Source: Azolla caroliniana
Taxonomy: Eukaryota > Plantae > Polypodiophyta
Reading direction: 5' to 3'
Assembly (NCBI GenBank): GCA_043228905.1
Contig: JBHGNT010000017.1
Location: 17,422,001 to 17,486,000 of the forward strand
DNA: 64,000 nucleotides
Shown one piece after another: positions 1 through 12,059 of this stretch. A model generated the notes under the pieces. The model worked only from the letters and a program-made list of their open reading frames with translations. It ran no database searches and was not told the origin of the DNA. Every line of letters begins with the position of its first letter. The stretch's first letter is position 1. A program made the translations under genes and the position numbers.

Positions 1-48
1 GTCTGGTTTATCGGTTTGAAAAATTTCACATCTTGAAAAAAAACCCAG

Positions 49-424
49 GGTGAGGCAGAAGCCACAAAAGCTGGTGGAAGTGCACTGATGCAATACAAGA
101 GAGGCGACTATTTCGGTGAACTCGCACTATTGAATAATAAGCCTCGTGCTGCAACAATCCGCGCAATTACGAACTGCAAATGTGCAACTATTGATAGGCA
201 AAGTTTCAAGGTGCGCACTTGTTGCAATCCAATCTTCGAAAGAAAAAAGAACTATCTTTTTACAGTTCAAAATGGATAAAAAAAAAGGATTATCATGTTT
301 AAACTCCTAATCATATTGACTTCTGACATGTTTGTTCTTCTTTGTGTTGTAACAGCGCTTGTTCGGTAAACTAGACGATATTCTAGAGCGCAACAAAAAT
401 GTATACGGCAATAGTACATCATAA
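49..424 (+). CDS. cAMP-dependent protein kinase (PKA) regulatory subunit, last two coding exons (gene starts before the window)
   Basis: Exons 49-210 and 356-424 with GT-AG boundaries splice to GEAEATKAGGSALMQYKRGDYFGELALLNNKPRAATIRAITNCKCATIDRQSFK|RLFGKLDDILERNKNVYGNSTS*. FGELALL..KPRAAT is the cyclic-nucleotide phosphate-binding cassette. FKRLFG..DILERN followed closely by a stop matches the end of CNB-B in PKA-R. Confidence 0.85.
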
Positions 425-1399
425 ATCTATATATTGTAGTGATGATTAAACAATGCAATTATGATTTAATTGATCATAGAAAGATTCAGACACTATTTTA
501 TATTTTGTTTTTTTGGCATATATAAAACAAATAAAAATAAAACCATTTAAAGCTTCCACAAGTTGATATTGTTTGCGTAAAACCTTCCAAAACCATAAAA
601 GTTTCAATTATATATTTTTGATCTGGTAGTTTTACTTTTGTGTTGCAATTGGATATAGGCCATGTAGTTGTTTGATATTGATAGGCAATGGTTTGTGTGA
701 ATTGGTGGCAAATTGAATCAATGTTAAAAATCATGTCACATTAACATGCCCTTGAAGCATTGCTAATTTGATATTCTCTTCCTGAGTTGTTTTTTCTCCT
801 CTTCAGAAGCTACTTTTACACTTACATTTGATAACAACATAATGTTCTCATTTTATACCCTTTCTCAGCCACAAGTTAAATACAATGGGTTATTCCAAGG
901 TTATTATATTTCAAACTGATTAATTTTACACGTGGTAAGTGTTGTGCTTTCTAGGGTCATCTTGATTTGTTGGCCCTAATTATAGGAATATGCAAATACA
1001 ATAAAGAAATTAGAGAAGTATGCATGCACATTTCAAGAACTACAAACAATGTGTTCGTTCAAAGTTGAGGCTCCCAATCATATGAAAAAGTGCATTTTTG
1101 TAATTTCCCCCTCTTGATACATGTACCCATGAAATGCTCGGGGAAAGAAGATAGGTTGACAATGGTTGTTGCAACTAGAAAATGGTAGAAAACCAAATTC
1201 AAGCTAAATGTAAGCTAACAATTAGAAATAGGTATGTGGAAAGAAGATAGGGTGATAGTGACTTTAGGATTCCTAGTTACTTAAAAAATGTATGTGACAA
1301 ACCAAAACACAAACTTGGCAAGTTAGTACATAGTTTTAGAGCACATATTTAGTTGAACACTCGCAAAACAAAAACTTTTGAGTACATTTGAGTGTCAAG

Positions 1400-1950
1400 C
1401 ATGTGGGGTGGTTACCACACAACATTGAGTTGTGATATCGACATTACTGCACATATGCTTCTTGAAAATTACATGAAACAAACTTATTCAAATTAGTGGA
1501 GATATGCATTGATTTCATGACACAATGCTATCAAATGAAAATAGTTGGCATGGAAGGACGAATGAATAATTCCTATAAATAGGAGGAGAGGCATCAATAC
1601 TCTTCAACAAGTAGTGTAGCGTAGATGAACTTCACTAAGATACCATGAAAGTTAGTTCTCCTAATGAATCTTCAATCCTTGATGATGTTAGAGGGATATG
1701 AAGAGTGTATTATTATTATATCTAATATAATCATTGTAATCTTTCCAAGGGCTTAGTGATGTGAATGTGCATTAACATTCTTCAAGAGATATCTCCAACT
1801 CAATTGTTGTGATATTGACCTCCATGGTAGCGATAGTGTGGATGACATTCGCGAAGTTTTCATGTACCCTAGATTATAATCTTAAATCTAGAGTTTAACT
1901 GAGAGCAATGGTTACCATTAGATAACCACATCTTATTAGGACCCACATTC
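1400..1950 (+). mobile_element. possible degenerate LTR relic
   Basis: CTATAAATAGGAGG at about 1573 followed by LTR-like R/U5 composition; no ORF; termini not resolved. Confidence 0.25.
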
Positions 1951-4900
1951 TGCATGGTCATGTCTTCACATCAACATTGATCCAACTATGATCCAACTCC
2001 CTAAATTCCAAACGCGAAAGAGATCTATTGTACATATATTCTTCATGCATCAACATCAACATCTCTTTGGTCACAATAATTGCATAAATTGACATATGTG
2101 TAGGTCTCACATAGCGGAAGTAAATACATCTCTCTCTGTCAATGATGTTGGATCATCAATAATCTTTCTACTCATGACCCAACTAGAACAATATGGTGAA
2201 TGACATCGCAATGTCGCCCAACACTATCGCCACCTTGATGGGCACCTTAGACAACGTCATATGTATCCACACTCTCCTTAGCCTAGATGAATTTCGAATT
2301 AAAAACATGGCATGGATTTCTTTGGAGGGATTTAAACTAGAAAATTCAGATCTATTTATTTCCTAGAGACATTCTTCTAGCTTCTTAATGAATGAATGAT
2401 ATTCAAGTTTTCCATGACAATGTATGAATGTTTAAGTCCATGTCATCAACATGTAAGTGGTATCATACATAGAACCGACAAACTCTTTTATGTATCCATA
2501 TTCAATTATACAATAATTATGGCGGCTAGTAATATTCAAGATTGTTTTGCTTATACACCTAGCAATTTATACACGCACTAATGTTCAATTGTACCAAATT
2601 AGTAACAAGTTATTATATTGTTTTTTCCTTATTAATGATTATTCACATTGTTTTATCTTTCTTGTGTTGGTATGTTTTTGATGAGCTCAACATCGAATGC
2701 AACTTGGCAAGACTTGATCATATGACCTTAAGGTACCACTACTTCATCATGATTAATACACGTTAAAATTTAGCAATTCGAGAAATAACCAATAATTTGC
2801 TAAACTGAATTGTGAGATACCTAAATTAGTTTCTTATGGTCTTGTTACATGTATAAATCATCAACACTTCCATATTGGCTTTAGCATACAATGTTTTGTT
2901 TTAAGTTATTATTTCTCACGTGATGGACTTGAAAATGGTGAATTATAGATTGATTATCATAATTGCAATTGTTTGGGAGCAAAGACCGATCCGAATACGG
3001 GGCAAAAGCTTATCAACAATAGACCATCATGTACAAGATTGAGATACTTTCATTCTTGATGACCCTCTTTTGTACATGTTACACAGAAATTTAATTGAAC
3101 CATTGTTCAATATGTAGTTGGCAAAAATAATTTGATGGCCAATGGTTTTGAGGTGCAAAGGCAATGTTCACATCATGTTTGGTGATACTCTAGGCATTGA
3201 CACATGTTATGTGTGCAATCACATCAATTTGGGCTTGGAAATGCGTCTAGAATTAAATAAAATCCTACGGGACATGGGGGTGTTGCAACATGAGTTTGTG
3301 TCATGTGGATGAACCTCCTTCCATGAAGATGAGAAGAATCCATTGCATATAAAAACACACAACATTACATGGTAGCAATTGTGTGATTACTATGTAAAAG
3401 CAAATGTATCATACTCAATCCAACATATTAGTTCCTTATTCTTCACAAATTATCTTGCCATGTATCCATAATGTGATTACAAAGCTTAATCTCCCATAAT
3501 TTGCGATGTCATTGGGAACTAGGATGCATATAAGGCCTTTTAGCTTGATATGTTTGCATAAAGGGCAATAGTTTTAGCTCAAACTTTGATAATAGTTGGT
3601 ACTTCAGGATGTGTACAACATTTGCTTGTTTTTTGAATCTTCTATAAGTAGCAATGAATCAATGGAAACATGTAACTACTTTTTAGTCCTCTATTGGGAA
3701 TTCATCAACTTTTTATTAAATGAGATATTGTGCTCATTATCCTTTTGTTATGCTAGGAGCCTAGATGCACCTAGAATAATGGTTGACATAGGAAAAATAG
3801 GAAATGCCAATGGTAATTTGGAATTCAACCTTCAAGGTTGCAGACAAATTCTTGTGTTGGTGATGACTTGGAAGTTAGAATTGTCAAACAAGTTTTCACA
3901 CATGCCATCTATGCAATATATTAGTTAGTAAGCTTTTATTTAAATGAAAGGTTAATAATGATTAAAAAATGAATGTCAAATTGTTTTTAATTGTCATAAT
4001 GATTAAATGCAACAACATAAGAAAACACAATTATCAAGTGTGTAAGGAAATTATGAATGACAATAATTTTTAGTGTTCTACAACTACAAACAAACAAGCT
4101 TCAATCGTTGTTGATGCATTTTACAATGGTCATGGCGTGTGCTATTTTATGTCAAAACCATCTATTGTTTATGGCACTCGATCAAAATGTACTATTGGGA
4201 TACACATATGCTCACCCATGAACTGTTAGAGTATGTATTCCCACTATCAAATAATTGAAACAATTAGTAGAACATTTAATGGAACAACCACATCACTAAG
4301 TCATTCCATGCTAAAGCACAATGTGAATGTATTGCTTTATATATATTATTCATAAGCACACAATTATTAGAATTAAAATATATAAACTCGATGTTAAAGC
4401 AGTAAATATAAATTTGTGCTTGACAACATCAAAGTTGTATGTTCGAGTGTTGAGAGTTAGATTTGATATTAAGTTTCTTATTGAACTAGTTCTTCATTGT
4501 TTGAGTTTGAGATCATGGACTCTATCAACTAGCTACCCTATGAAAAAGGCTTCACAACAATGACACTACCAAAGAAAACAATAACTATCTTATGCACATG
4601 AAACTTTTGAAAAATAAAGCTTATTGTTGTTGGGAATATAATGAAGAGTAGGTTGGTAAATAAAATAACTCGATAATGTAGTGTGAAGTACAACATGACA
4701 CAAAAATAGAGGGAGAGAACCAATGAGCTGACTCATCACAAGTATGATGCTTGAGCTTGAGGAGACGTTGATAATTAGATAAATACTCTGCAGATGCACC
4801 TGATAGCTAGCATGGAGAGATGATGTACATATGGAAGACCATATATACCTTGATATGACGAGTAAATGTTGTCACATGGTTAGACACCTAAGAACCTGCA

Positions 4901-6129
4901 AGTTTACAACCTAGGTAGATGTGAACATGGCAAACATCTACTATCTTGGAAGTATATTTGGTGTTGATCAATTAAAGACTTTCTTATGAAGTAGATCATT
5001 TAAAAAATAAGAAGAAATGCATAGCCCTAAGGAGAGTATAACCAAATGATAAGAGATTGTATAGCTCACTAGAATGGATTCATTATGCATGTTCAAGTAA
5101 GCATTTGTTACGCAAAGAATGTCAAATTGCTAGCACACTCTTTATAAACCACAATGTTTGCCAACTTCGGGTTCCACGATTGTTCTACTCCATCTCAAAT
5201 GCACTAATGTTATCTTCCTTGCTTAAACATATATATGTCATGTAATTTCATGACTTATTAATGGTTTTCTTGTTGTTAGATTGTTGTCAAGATCAAGTAG
5301 ACATGCACTCTTTTGTGAGCAAAGAGTAGGCGTCAATCCACCTTCAAGCGCACTAACAAATCTCCTAGTTTTTGTTAGCGAACTTCCTCAATGTGTCCTA
5401 ATCTTAACCTTAAACATGAACATTTGATATACCAACAAGCTAATAGACTTGACTTAAACGTTAATTGTTCACAAATGAAAAGCCCAAAGACAAAATCAAG
5501 AAATCACAAGAGAAATGGTGTTAACAACCAAGTTCTCACATTCCTCAATTTTTACTTATGCACTTTTGCTCAATCTTACAAAGATAATAGTTCAATAGTT
5601 AAGTAAGATTAAAGACATTAAGGAAGGTTAAGGAGAGAGTTTAAGGTGTTAAGGGATTAGGGAGCTCAACCTTATGAGGGAAGAGAGAGCTCAAAAACTA
5701 AGAAGAAATATAAAAGTTTATACCTTCACATTTATGCTTCTCTTTTATATGTTTGGCTATTTACATTCCTAGTCTCCCCTTCTTTCATTAGCCCTATGTT
5801 CCAAGATTTTTTAATGTTAGGTACAGTTCCTCTTGGCCTTTGGTGTTATCCTCGTTCGATTGTAGCCTCCTAATGTAACAATTATAGCTTATGCACTTCA
5901 ACTCCCTTTAAATAAGATACATATACCTTTATATGCAGATAAAGATTATAAAACGATTGTTGATACTAGCCTTGATTATTGCTAGTAGCTACCTTGTCCA
6001 TCCCTATCTTACTGATAGTTCCTTTACATTGCAAGAGTAAATGAATTATTCCTCAAAAAACACCACTTGATTAAATTTTATTTAAAAAAAAAAAACTCTT
6101 TCCATTAGTTATAAAATTTTACAGATGAG

Positions 6130-7250
6130 AGTGTTATATACAAATCCCTGTAAGGATGCAATAGTTCCATCTTATGTGGATGCTCACTGATTCAAGAAAG
6201 GGAAAGGACGACCATTGTTATATGAAGGCTAGTTATTGTCTTTCAACTCCATCGGATCCGCCCATGAGGCCGTCGTATTGGCTCTTTAGAGTGGCTACAA
6301 CTTCACTCCATATCTCTTGCATTAACATTACTAGATGCATGGTTTGGTTGTAGAAGACCTGTCTACACCGTTGTTTCCATAGAATCCAAAGAGTTATTAG
6401 GTTGACCAATTCCAACACAACTTGAGATTTGCCATTAATAGGAGTTGAGTGGATATTGTCGATGGTGGAAAAAAGAACCTCTTGTGCTTTTATCACCAAA
6501 GTCATCCCCTTCTCCTGATGTTCGTATTTGTCAACTGGGTCTGCCATGATAACCGACATACTTTTCCCCATTTGATTGTGCCTTACACGTGGCACAATTG
6601 CAATAGGCGGCCAACCCCTCACCATATTCGATGGGTCTGTGAGCAGTCCCAAGGGCACGTCAGATTGATTTTGTTGCATTTGGGCACACTACACAATTAG
6701 GAGAGCTAAGGTTTCCACACTGCCACACTCCAACCGGTAGTGACTTATGTATTTATAGCCATTGGAACGTGGTAATTTGCCTATTGTGTTGTTGTTTCTA
6801 GAGTTCTCGCCAAAACATAGGATAGTTGTATGAGAAACATGATATGAGTGTGATACCTTTGCAACAACCGCCTCTCGGGTGGTTTGAGCAACTAGAATGT
6901 GGCGACCCAATCTAGTCGTGAATTGAAAGAAAGTGATGTCTTTGCTTCCTTGACCCACATAAGGATCACGCCATGTCCATTGCAAAGGGTCCCAACTGAC
7001 CTTATGTAGCCATGTGTTTTCATGAGTACATATGTGCCATTCTGGTTGTACTTTGATCGGATCGGGATCTACAATCCATTTATGACTGGTATATGCGAGT
7101 ACTCGAATTGCCATATTCAATTTTGGTGTCTCATTGTCTTGCAATTCGTGGCCTTTGATCTTGTTCTGTGTTTCCCTACCTCTTGGGATCAAAGAACCCT
7201 CCTCTTGGTAGCCTATCCACTTCTCCATTGTCGTCCTTTGATTAATCTCA
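6130..7250 (-). mobile_element. non-LTR (L1-like LINE) ORF2 3' fragment with zf-RVT region, degenerate
   Basis: Minus strand reads CVVCPNATKSI*RAL-DCSQTHRIW across a frameshift (CxxC...HxxWxC-type zinc finger) and LITLWILWKQRCRQVF (WxxWKxR motif of plant LINE ORF2 C-termini). Stops and frameshifts are present. Confidence 0.75.
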
Positions 7251-8049
7251 ATCGAACCTTAACGAATAGATTAAATTTATTGACATGATGCATGAATTCT
7301 TTCCATAGCAACAAAGATCAAAGAATATTTGGTTATTAAAATACATTGGTTTCAAGCATGTGACCGTACTTCCTATGCATGGTCTCGAGCATAGAGCTAA
7401 AAAACCTATACATCATATTCAATGGCTCTTTTAGAATAACAAACAATATATCCATGTAGAAATAACTTGATAATCGATAACATAACATCATGATTGGAAA
7501 AACTTGGATTGTGCAGGCCATAGTGATGTCTTTTGGAGCCTTTCCTTCTCACACATTTCTAGACCTACAATATTATGTAGGTCACTAGTTGTACATGGGA
7601 AATGTGAGCCAATGCTAATTCCTTCCATGTGTATGGTCTACGGGGTCGTGGTTCTAATGCTAGTTTTGAGCATGCAAAAATCCATCCTAAAGCCAACAGA
7701 TTTACACAAGCAAATTATAGTTTTGTGCAACTCTTACATACATATATGTTCTCTGTCGGGCAAGAGCTCTGTGACAAAAAGAAGTACATATCAAGTAATG
7801 AGGCGATCGGCAGATGTGGTCATTGCAAGAGTCGTTCGTTGTGTGATATGAAGCAGGACAAAGCAAACGAGGCCACACGTTGTGATGAAGTATTTTTGTA
7901 GTGCGGACGGATGACTGGACAAAAATGGAGAAGCCGTCATCCATATATGGGCATGAAATTGCCTGGCTCTAGTAACTAAGTGATTGAAACATGTGACCGT
8001 GTGATATGCTTCGGGGATGCACGTCCTGTGGAACCATTCAAAACGATGT

Positions 8050-8112
8050 ACATACATACATATGTATGTATGTATGAATCAGCAACCATTGCTTAATGAT
8101 GCACATACATAC

Positions 8113-8143
<31 letters not shown>

Positions 8144-8228
8144 TGTATGTATGAATCAGCAGCCATTGCTTAATGATGCACATACATATATATGTATGTA
8201 TGTATGAATCAGCAGCCATTGCTTAATC
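8050..8228. repeat. (TATG)n microsatellite within 3 tandem units ending GAATCAGCA(A/G)CCATTGCTTAAT
   Basis: Directly visible, about 100 bp upstream of the first ATG of PPR gene 1. Confidence 0.9.
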
Positions 8229-8328
8229 ATCTGCACTCCTCCAACAATCTCAGAGAATTTACCCCTTTTTGTTCCTTGCTTTTGTGTATATTCCATCTCT
8301 GTTCCACACATACACCCAACCCCCAGAT

Positions 8329-10164
8329 ATGATACAAGAGCTTAGCACAGCTGGAGCTATGGATGGATGTCTGAACCCAACAAAAGTCGTTGAGAAGAAG
8401 ATTTCTTCTTCAACATTCCTGAGGTCCCATCCTGCAGACCCATATGCCATCATGTTGGATATGATCAAATCCTGTGGGAAACAGAAGGACCTCCACAGAG
8501 CATTCAAGCTCCACACAGACCTCCTCCTCAGAGAACCTCCCCCCAAAGACATGAATATGCTCAATAATGCCCTGGTGAAGATGTATGGAAAATGCGGCGC
8601 GATCCGAGAAGCGAAGAAAGTGTTCGATACGATCTCAGTTCGAAACGTTGCATCATGGAACCTACTCATAAATGCATATAATGCCCATGGTGAAGGGTTT
8701 GGCAATGAAGCTATTCATTGCTTTCGGGAGATGCAAGGGGAGGGTATCTCCCCTAATGCATTTACATATGCTTGTGTTTTGAAAGCTTGTGGTAGCATTG
8801 GATCTCTTGTGGTCGGCGAAGAGATATTTGGTGAGGTCGAACGGCTAGGCCTTATCTCCACAGATATTGTCCTTGCCACATCGCTCATTGATATGTATGC
8901 AAAATGTGGATCAATGGGTAAAGCACAACGAGTGTTTGATCGCCTGCCTACACGTGATATCGTAGTGTGGAGTGCGTTGATCTCCGGCTATATCCGACAT
9001 GGGAGAGGCGATAAAGCTCTCAATTGCTTCCGGAAAATGCACAACGAGGATGGCCTCTCTCCGGATGCGATCGCCTTTGTTTGCATTCTGAAGGCTTGTG
9101 GTAGCATAGGATCCGTTGAGATGGGAGAAGAGATACATGTTGAGGTTAACAAAACAGGATTATTGAAAACCAATGTGATGCTTGGTACAACGTTGGTTGA
9201 TATGTATGTTAAATGTGGTATGCTGGAAAAAGCACAACATGTGTTCGATCAACTCCCAGTGCAAACAATTGTGTCCTGGAATGCACTCATCACTGGGTAT
9301 GCGATGCATGGACTCGGTGATGAAGCTCTAGATTGTTTCAGGTGTATGCAAGAGAAAGGATTCTCCCCAGATTCCGTCACTTTCATGGCACTTTCAAAAG
9401 CTTGTAGTAGTATAAAATGCCTAGATATGGGAGAAGAGATCCATGCTGAGGTTCGCAAGCAAGGATTACTTAAAGAAGATTTTGTGCTTGGCACGGCATT
9501 GGTGGACATGTATGCCAAGTTCGGTGTGCTCAAAAAAGCACAAGAAATATTTGATGGGCTACCAGTGCGGAACATTACATCCTGGACAGCACTAATGGCT
9601 GGCTATGCCCAAGTGGGCCAAGTCAAGAAGGTTTTATATCTATTTGGTGAGATGATGGCACAAGGTCTTGCCCCAGATCTAGTTACGTTCCTTGTTTTAT
9701 TGACTTCATGTAGTCATTCGGGTCTAGTAGAGGAGGGGCAAATGATTTTTGATGATATACAATCAGTCTACCATGTCGCTCCAACTCTAGAGCATTACAC
9801 TAGTATGATTGATCTTTTTAGCCGAGCGGGGCATTTCGAGAAAGCTGCACGTTTAATTGGGAAGGTTTCATCATCGACTGAACAGCTTTTACTATGGTTG
9901 GTTCTTCTGGGTGCTTGTCTCAAATGGTTAAATGTGGATCTTGGAAGATGGACCTTTGAGAAATTGATTCAATTGGATGAGAAATGTGCTCAAGCATATA
10001 TTTGCATGGCAAATATATATGCTGCTGTCGGTTTGCATGCAAAAGCAAATGAAATCGAAGTTTGGAGAGTAAATAGTGGGGCATTGTATATCTCGGACTA
10101 TTGTTCTTGGACCGATGTGGATGGTAATTTATATCCTATCGATAACAATAATGATCATGCTTGA
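8329..10164 (+). CDS. PLS-class pentatricopeptide repeat protein, E/E+ type (organellar RNA-editing specificity factor), PPR gene 1
   Basis: Single ORF, first ATG at 8329 (the track's 8269 start is TTG). Repeating P-L-S motifs (MYAKCG / VVWSALISGY / FVCILKACG), then P2-L2-S2 (HYTSMIDLFSRAG), E1/E2 (WLVLLGAC, AYICMANIYA) and an E+ start (CSWTDVDG). No in-frame DYW. Confidence 0.95.
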   Translation: MIQELSTAGAMDGCLNPTKVVEKKISSSTFLRSHPADPYAIMLDMIKSCGKQKDLHRAFKLHTDLLLREPPPKDMNMLNNALVKMYGKCGAIREAKKVFDTISVRNVASWNLLINAYNAHGEGFGNEAIHCFREMQGEGISPNAFTYACVLKACGSIGSLVVGEEIFGEVERLGLISTDIVLATSLIDMYAKCGSMGKAQRVFDRLPTRDIVVWSALISGYIRHGRGDKALNCFRKMHNEDGLSPDAIAFVCILKACGSIGSVEMGEEIHVEVNKTGLLKTNVMLGTTLVDMYVKCGMLEKAQHVFDQLPVQTIVSWNALITGYAMHGLGDEALDCFRCMQEKGFSPDSVTFMALSKACSSIKCLDMGEEIHAEVRKQGLLKEDFVLGTALVDMYAKFGVLKKAQEIFDGLPVRNITSWTALMAGYAQVGQVKKVLYLFGEMMAQGLAPDLVTFLVLLTSCSHSGLVEEGQMIFDDIQSVYHVAPTLEHYTSMIDLFSRAGHFEKAARLIGKVSSSTEQLLLWLVLLGACLKWLNVDLGRWTFEKLIQLDEKCAQAYICMANIYAAVGLHAKANEIEVWRVNSGALYISDYCSWTDVDGNLYPIDNNNDHA

Positions 10165-10494
10165 AGATGGTGTATGTAGCCTTATGTGGATAGTAATATA
10201 CAATTATACTCCATTGACAACAAGGACAATCATCCTCAAAGACAATGTGTTCTATATTGTGCAGTTTGTTAATTGCTGTAAAAAACAAAGATGTTTGAGA
10301 GTACACTTAGATGGATGCCATTACAAGTGTCAGCGGAACCTTCCCTCAGCTCAACTGTATGTATGTGGAATTTGTTCATAGGCATTGCAAATTTTTTTAG
10401 ACGAAACTTCGATATTATTCATCGAGAGTACTACCAGCAAAGATATCCCAATGCAAATCATCGTAACATTGCTAGTAATGGGATTCATTGCTAA
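10165..10494 (+). pseudogene. probable eroded E+/DYW deaminase domain relic
   Basis: Across frameshifts: a second E+ copy VDSNIQLYSIDNKDNHPQ, then LCS-LLIA, STL-(D)G/MPLQVS-RNL and LYVCGICS*AL. These are collinear with the DYW consensus LCxHSEKLAIA..STPxGxPLRVxKNLRVCxDCHxA. Confidence 0.4.
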
Positions 10495-12059
10495 AAGCCC
10501 CCCCTTTCACATAACGTGAAAATGTATTTCTTGACCGTGTCTTACAAGGTCCCTGAATTGAAATGTAAAGAATATGATTTTGGAGAGTCATTTTTGGCTT
10601 GGCCAAGATTTCTGGTTGGACGCTCTTTAGGTCTTTATTGCATTTTCATTTCAATTAGAAAGGACATAGATTTTTTATTTGCTCGTAGTGTGAAAAACTC
10701 AAACTATGTAAATATGAGCATATAGAGAATCAACAAGAAACATATCTTATTAGAATTGGCATAAATATCAGATTTTTTTATTATTGATAGGGGAACATAG
10801 TCTAAAGAGTGATTAGTTGAAAAATGGTATCCAATCCATGGTAGATACTCGGCATAAAAAACTTCGAATAACGTTAATCAACCATGTCTGGAACCATAGA
10901 TACTAGCAAAACAATTAAGAAATAAATTTGCTTGGTAAAGGACTATGAAAAGGGATGAAGCTATGGTTGAATCCTCCACAAGGCAATATATCTATAACCA
11001 CATCATGAAGAATCATGACTACTGCCATTGGAAGCATTGTAAGGAACCAAAAGCTTTGTTTGATAATATGAATGATTGCCAACGAAGAGATCACTTTGTT
11101 TATGTAGGTTGGTATGGCATTTAACTTTTCCCCAATGAGGTTGTTTTACTGACATATAGTTTCTACTTCATGATCTTTTTCCATGTGAGGGAGGACAACA
11201 TTGTTAAACGACCTTTTCATGTTTTGGATGGTGTTGACAAATTCAATAACTCTCTATTCAATGTTACGCAAGGTTCTATGGTAACTTCTAGTTTGAAAAG
11301 AGAAACTAATATGAATGTTATGTAGGCTACTAGTTTGGTCAAGAGGAAGAAACCTACAAAATCATAGTTATGCATGATTATCTCAACAATTTGATCCTCC
11401 AATATACCACCTTCAACAAATCTCATTTGCCAAACCTCTTAGCTACTTGGCGCATAACAGACATCCAATTCAATGCTTTGACTTTCAACACCAAGACATT
11501 CAACTTAAGTAGCAATGTTGAGCATTACAAATACATTCCATGATCTTAGCACGAGCGTGGACATTGTCATGTGCATTTTTTCTCTTTCACATTTTCATTA
11601 TTGATGTTTTCAAAGTTAGTATGTTTTCATATTAAAGAGTATAATATTAATACTTAGTTTTACAAAATTGACTTGGAAAAGAGATAGTCCAAAGTGAGAG
11701 TAGAACCTTGCTATTGTCTTATCATGTTTACTCTAATTGTTGTCTCAAATTAAAATTATGAAGATTTTTTTTTTATATAATTAACACAACATTGAATTGA
11801 TGCTCAAATGTTGAACCCAAAACCTTAATGCTATAAAGTTATTTAGAATATTTGATTATGTTTTCTTGTCATTGATGTAGTAGTCTAGGTTGAAAATAGG
11901 TTCCAATAAGCACACTTTTCATGGCTTTATAGGAACTCTAAGCTTTTCGCAAGGCTTCACAATTGAGTGCCATTAGCAAATGCCATCATATGTTTATTCA
12001 TGAAAATTCGATCCTTTAACTTTTTAGGGATTGTTAGATGATGAACGTGACAAGCTCAT

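Noticed and set aside
2000-5900. Possible Mutator-like transposase relic (SKCCHMVRHLRTC at about 4861 resembles a zinc knuckle)
   Set aside because: Only one degenerate motif, with no sustained ORF or termini. Probably old TE debris, but not assignable.
7629-7901. ORF with GRCGHCK zinc-ribbon-like motif
   Set aside because: Short, with no supporting splice structure or recognisable family.
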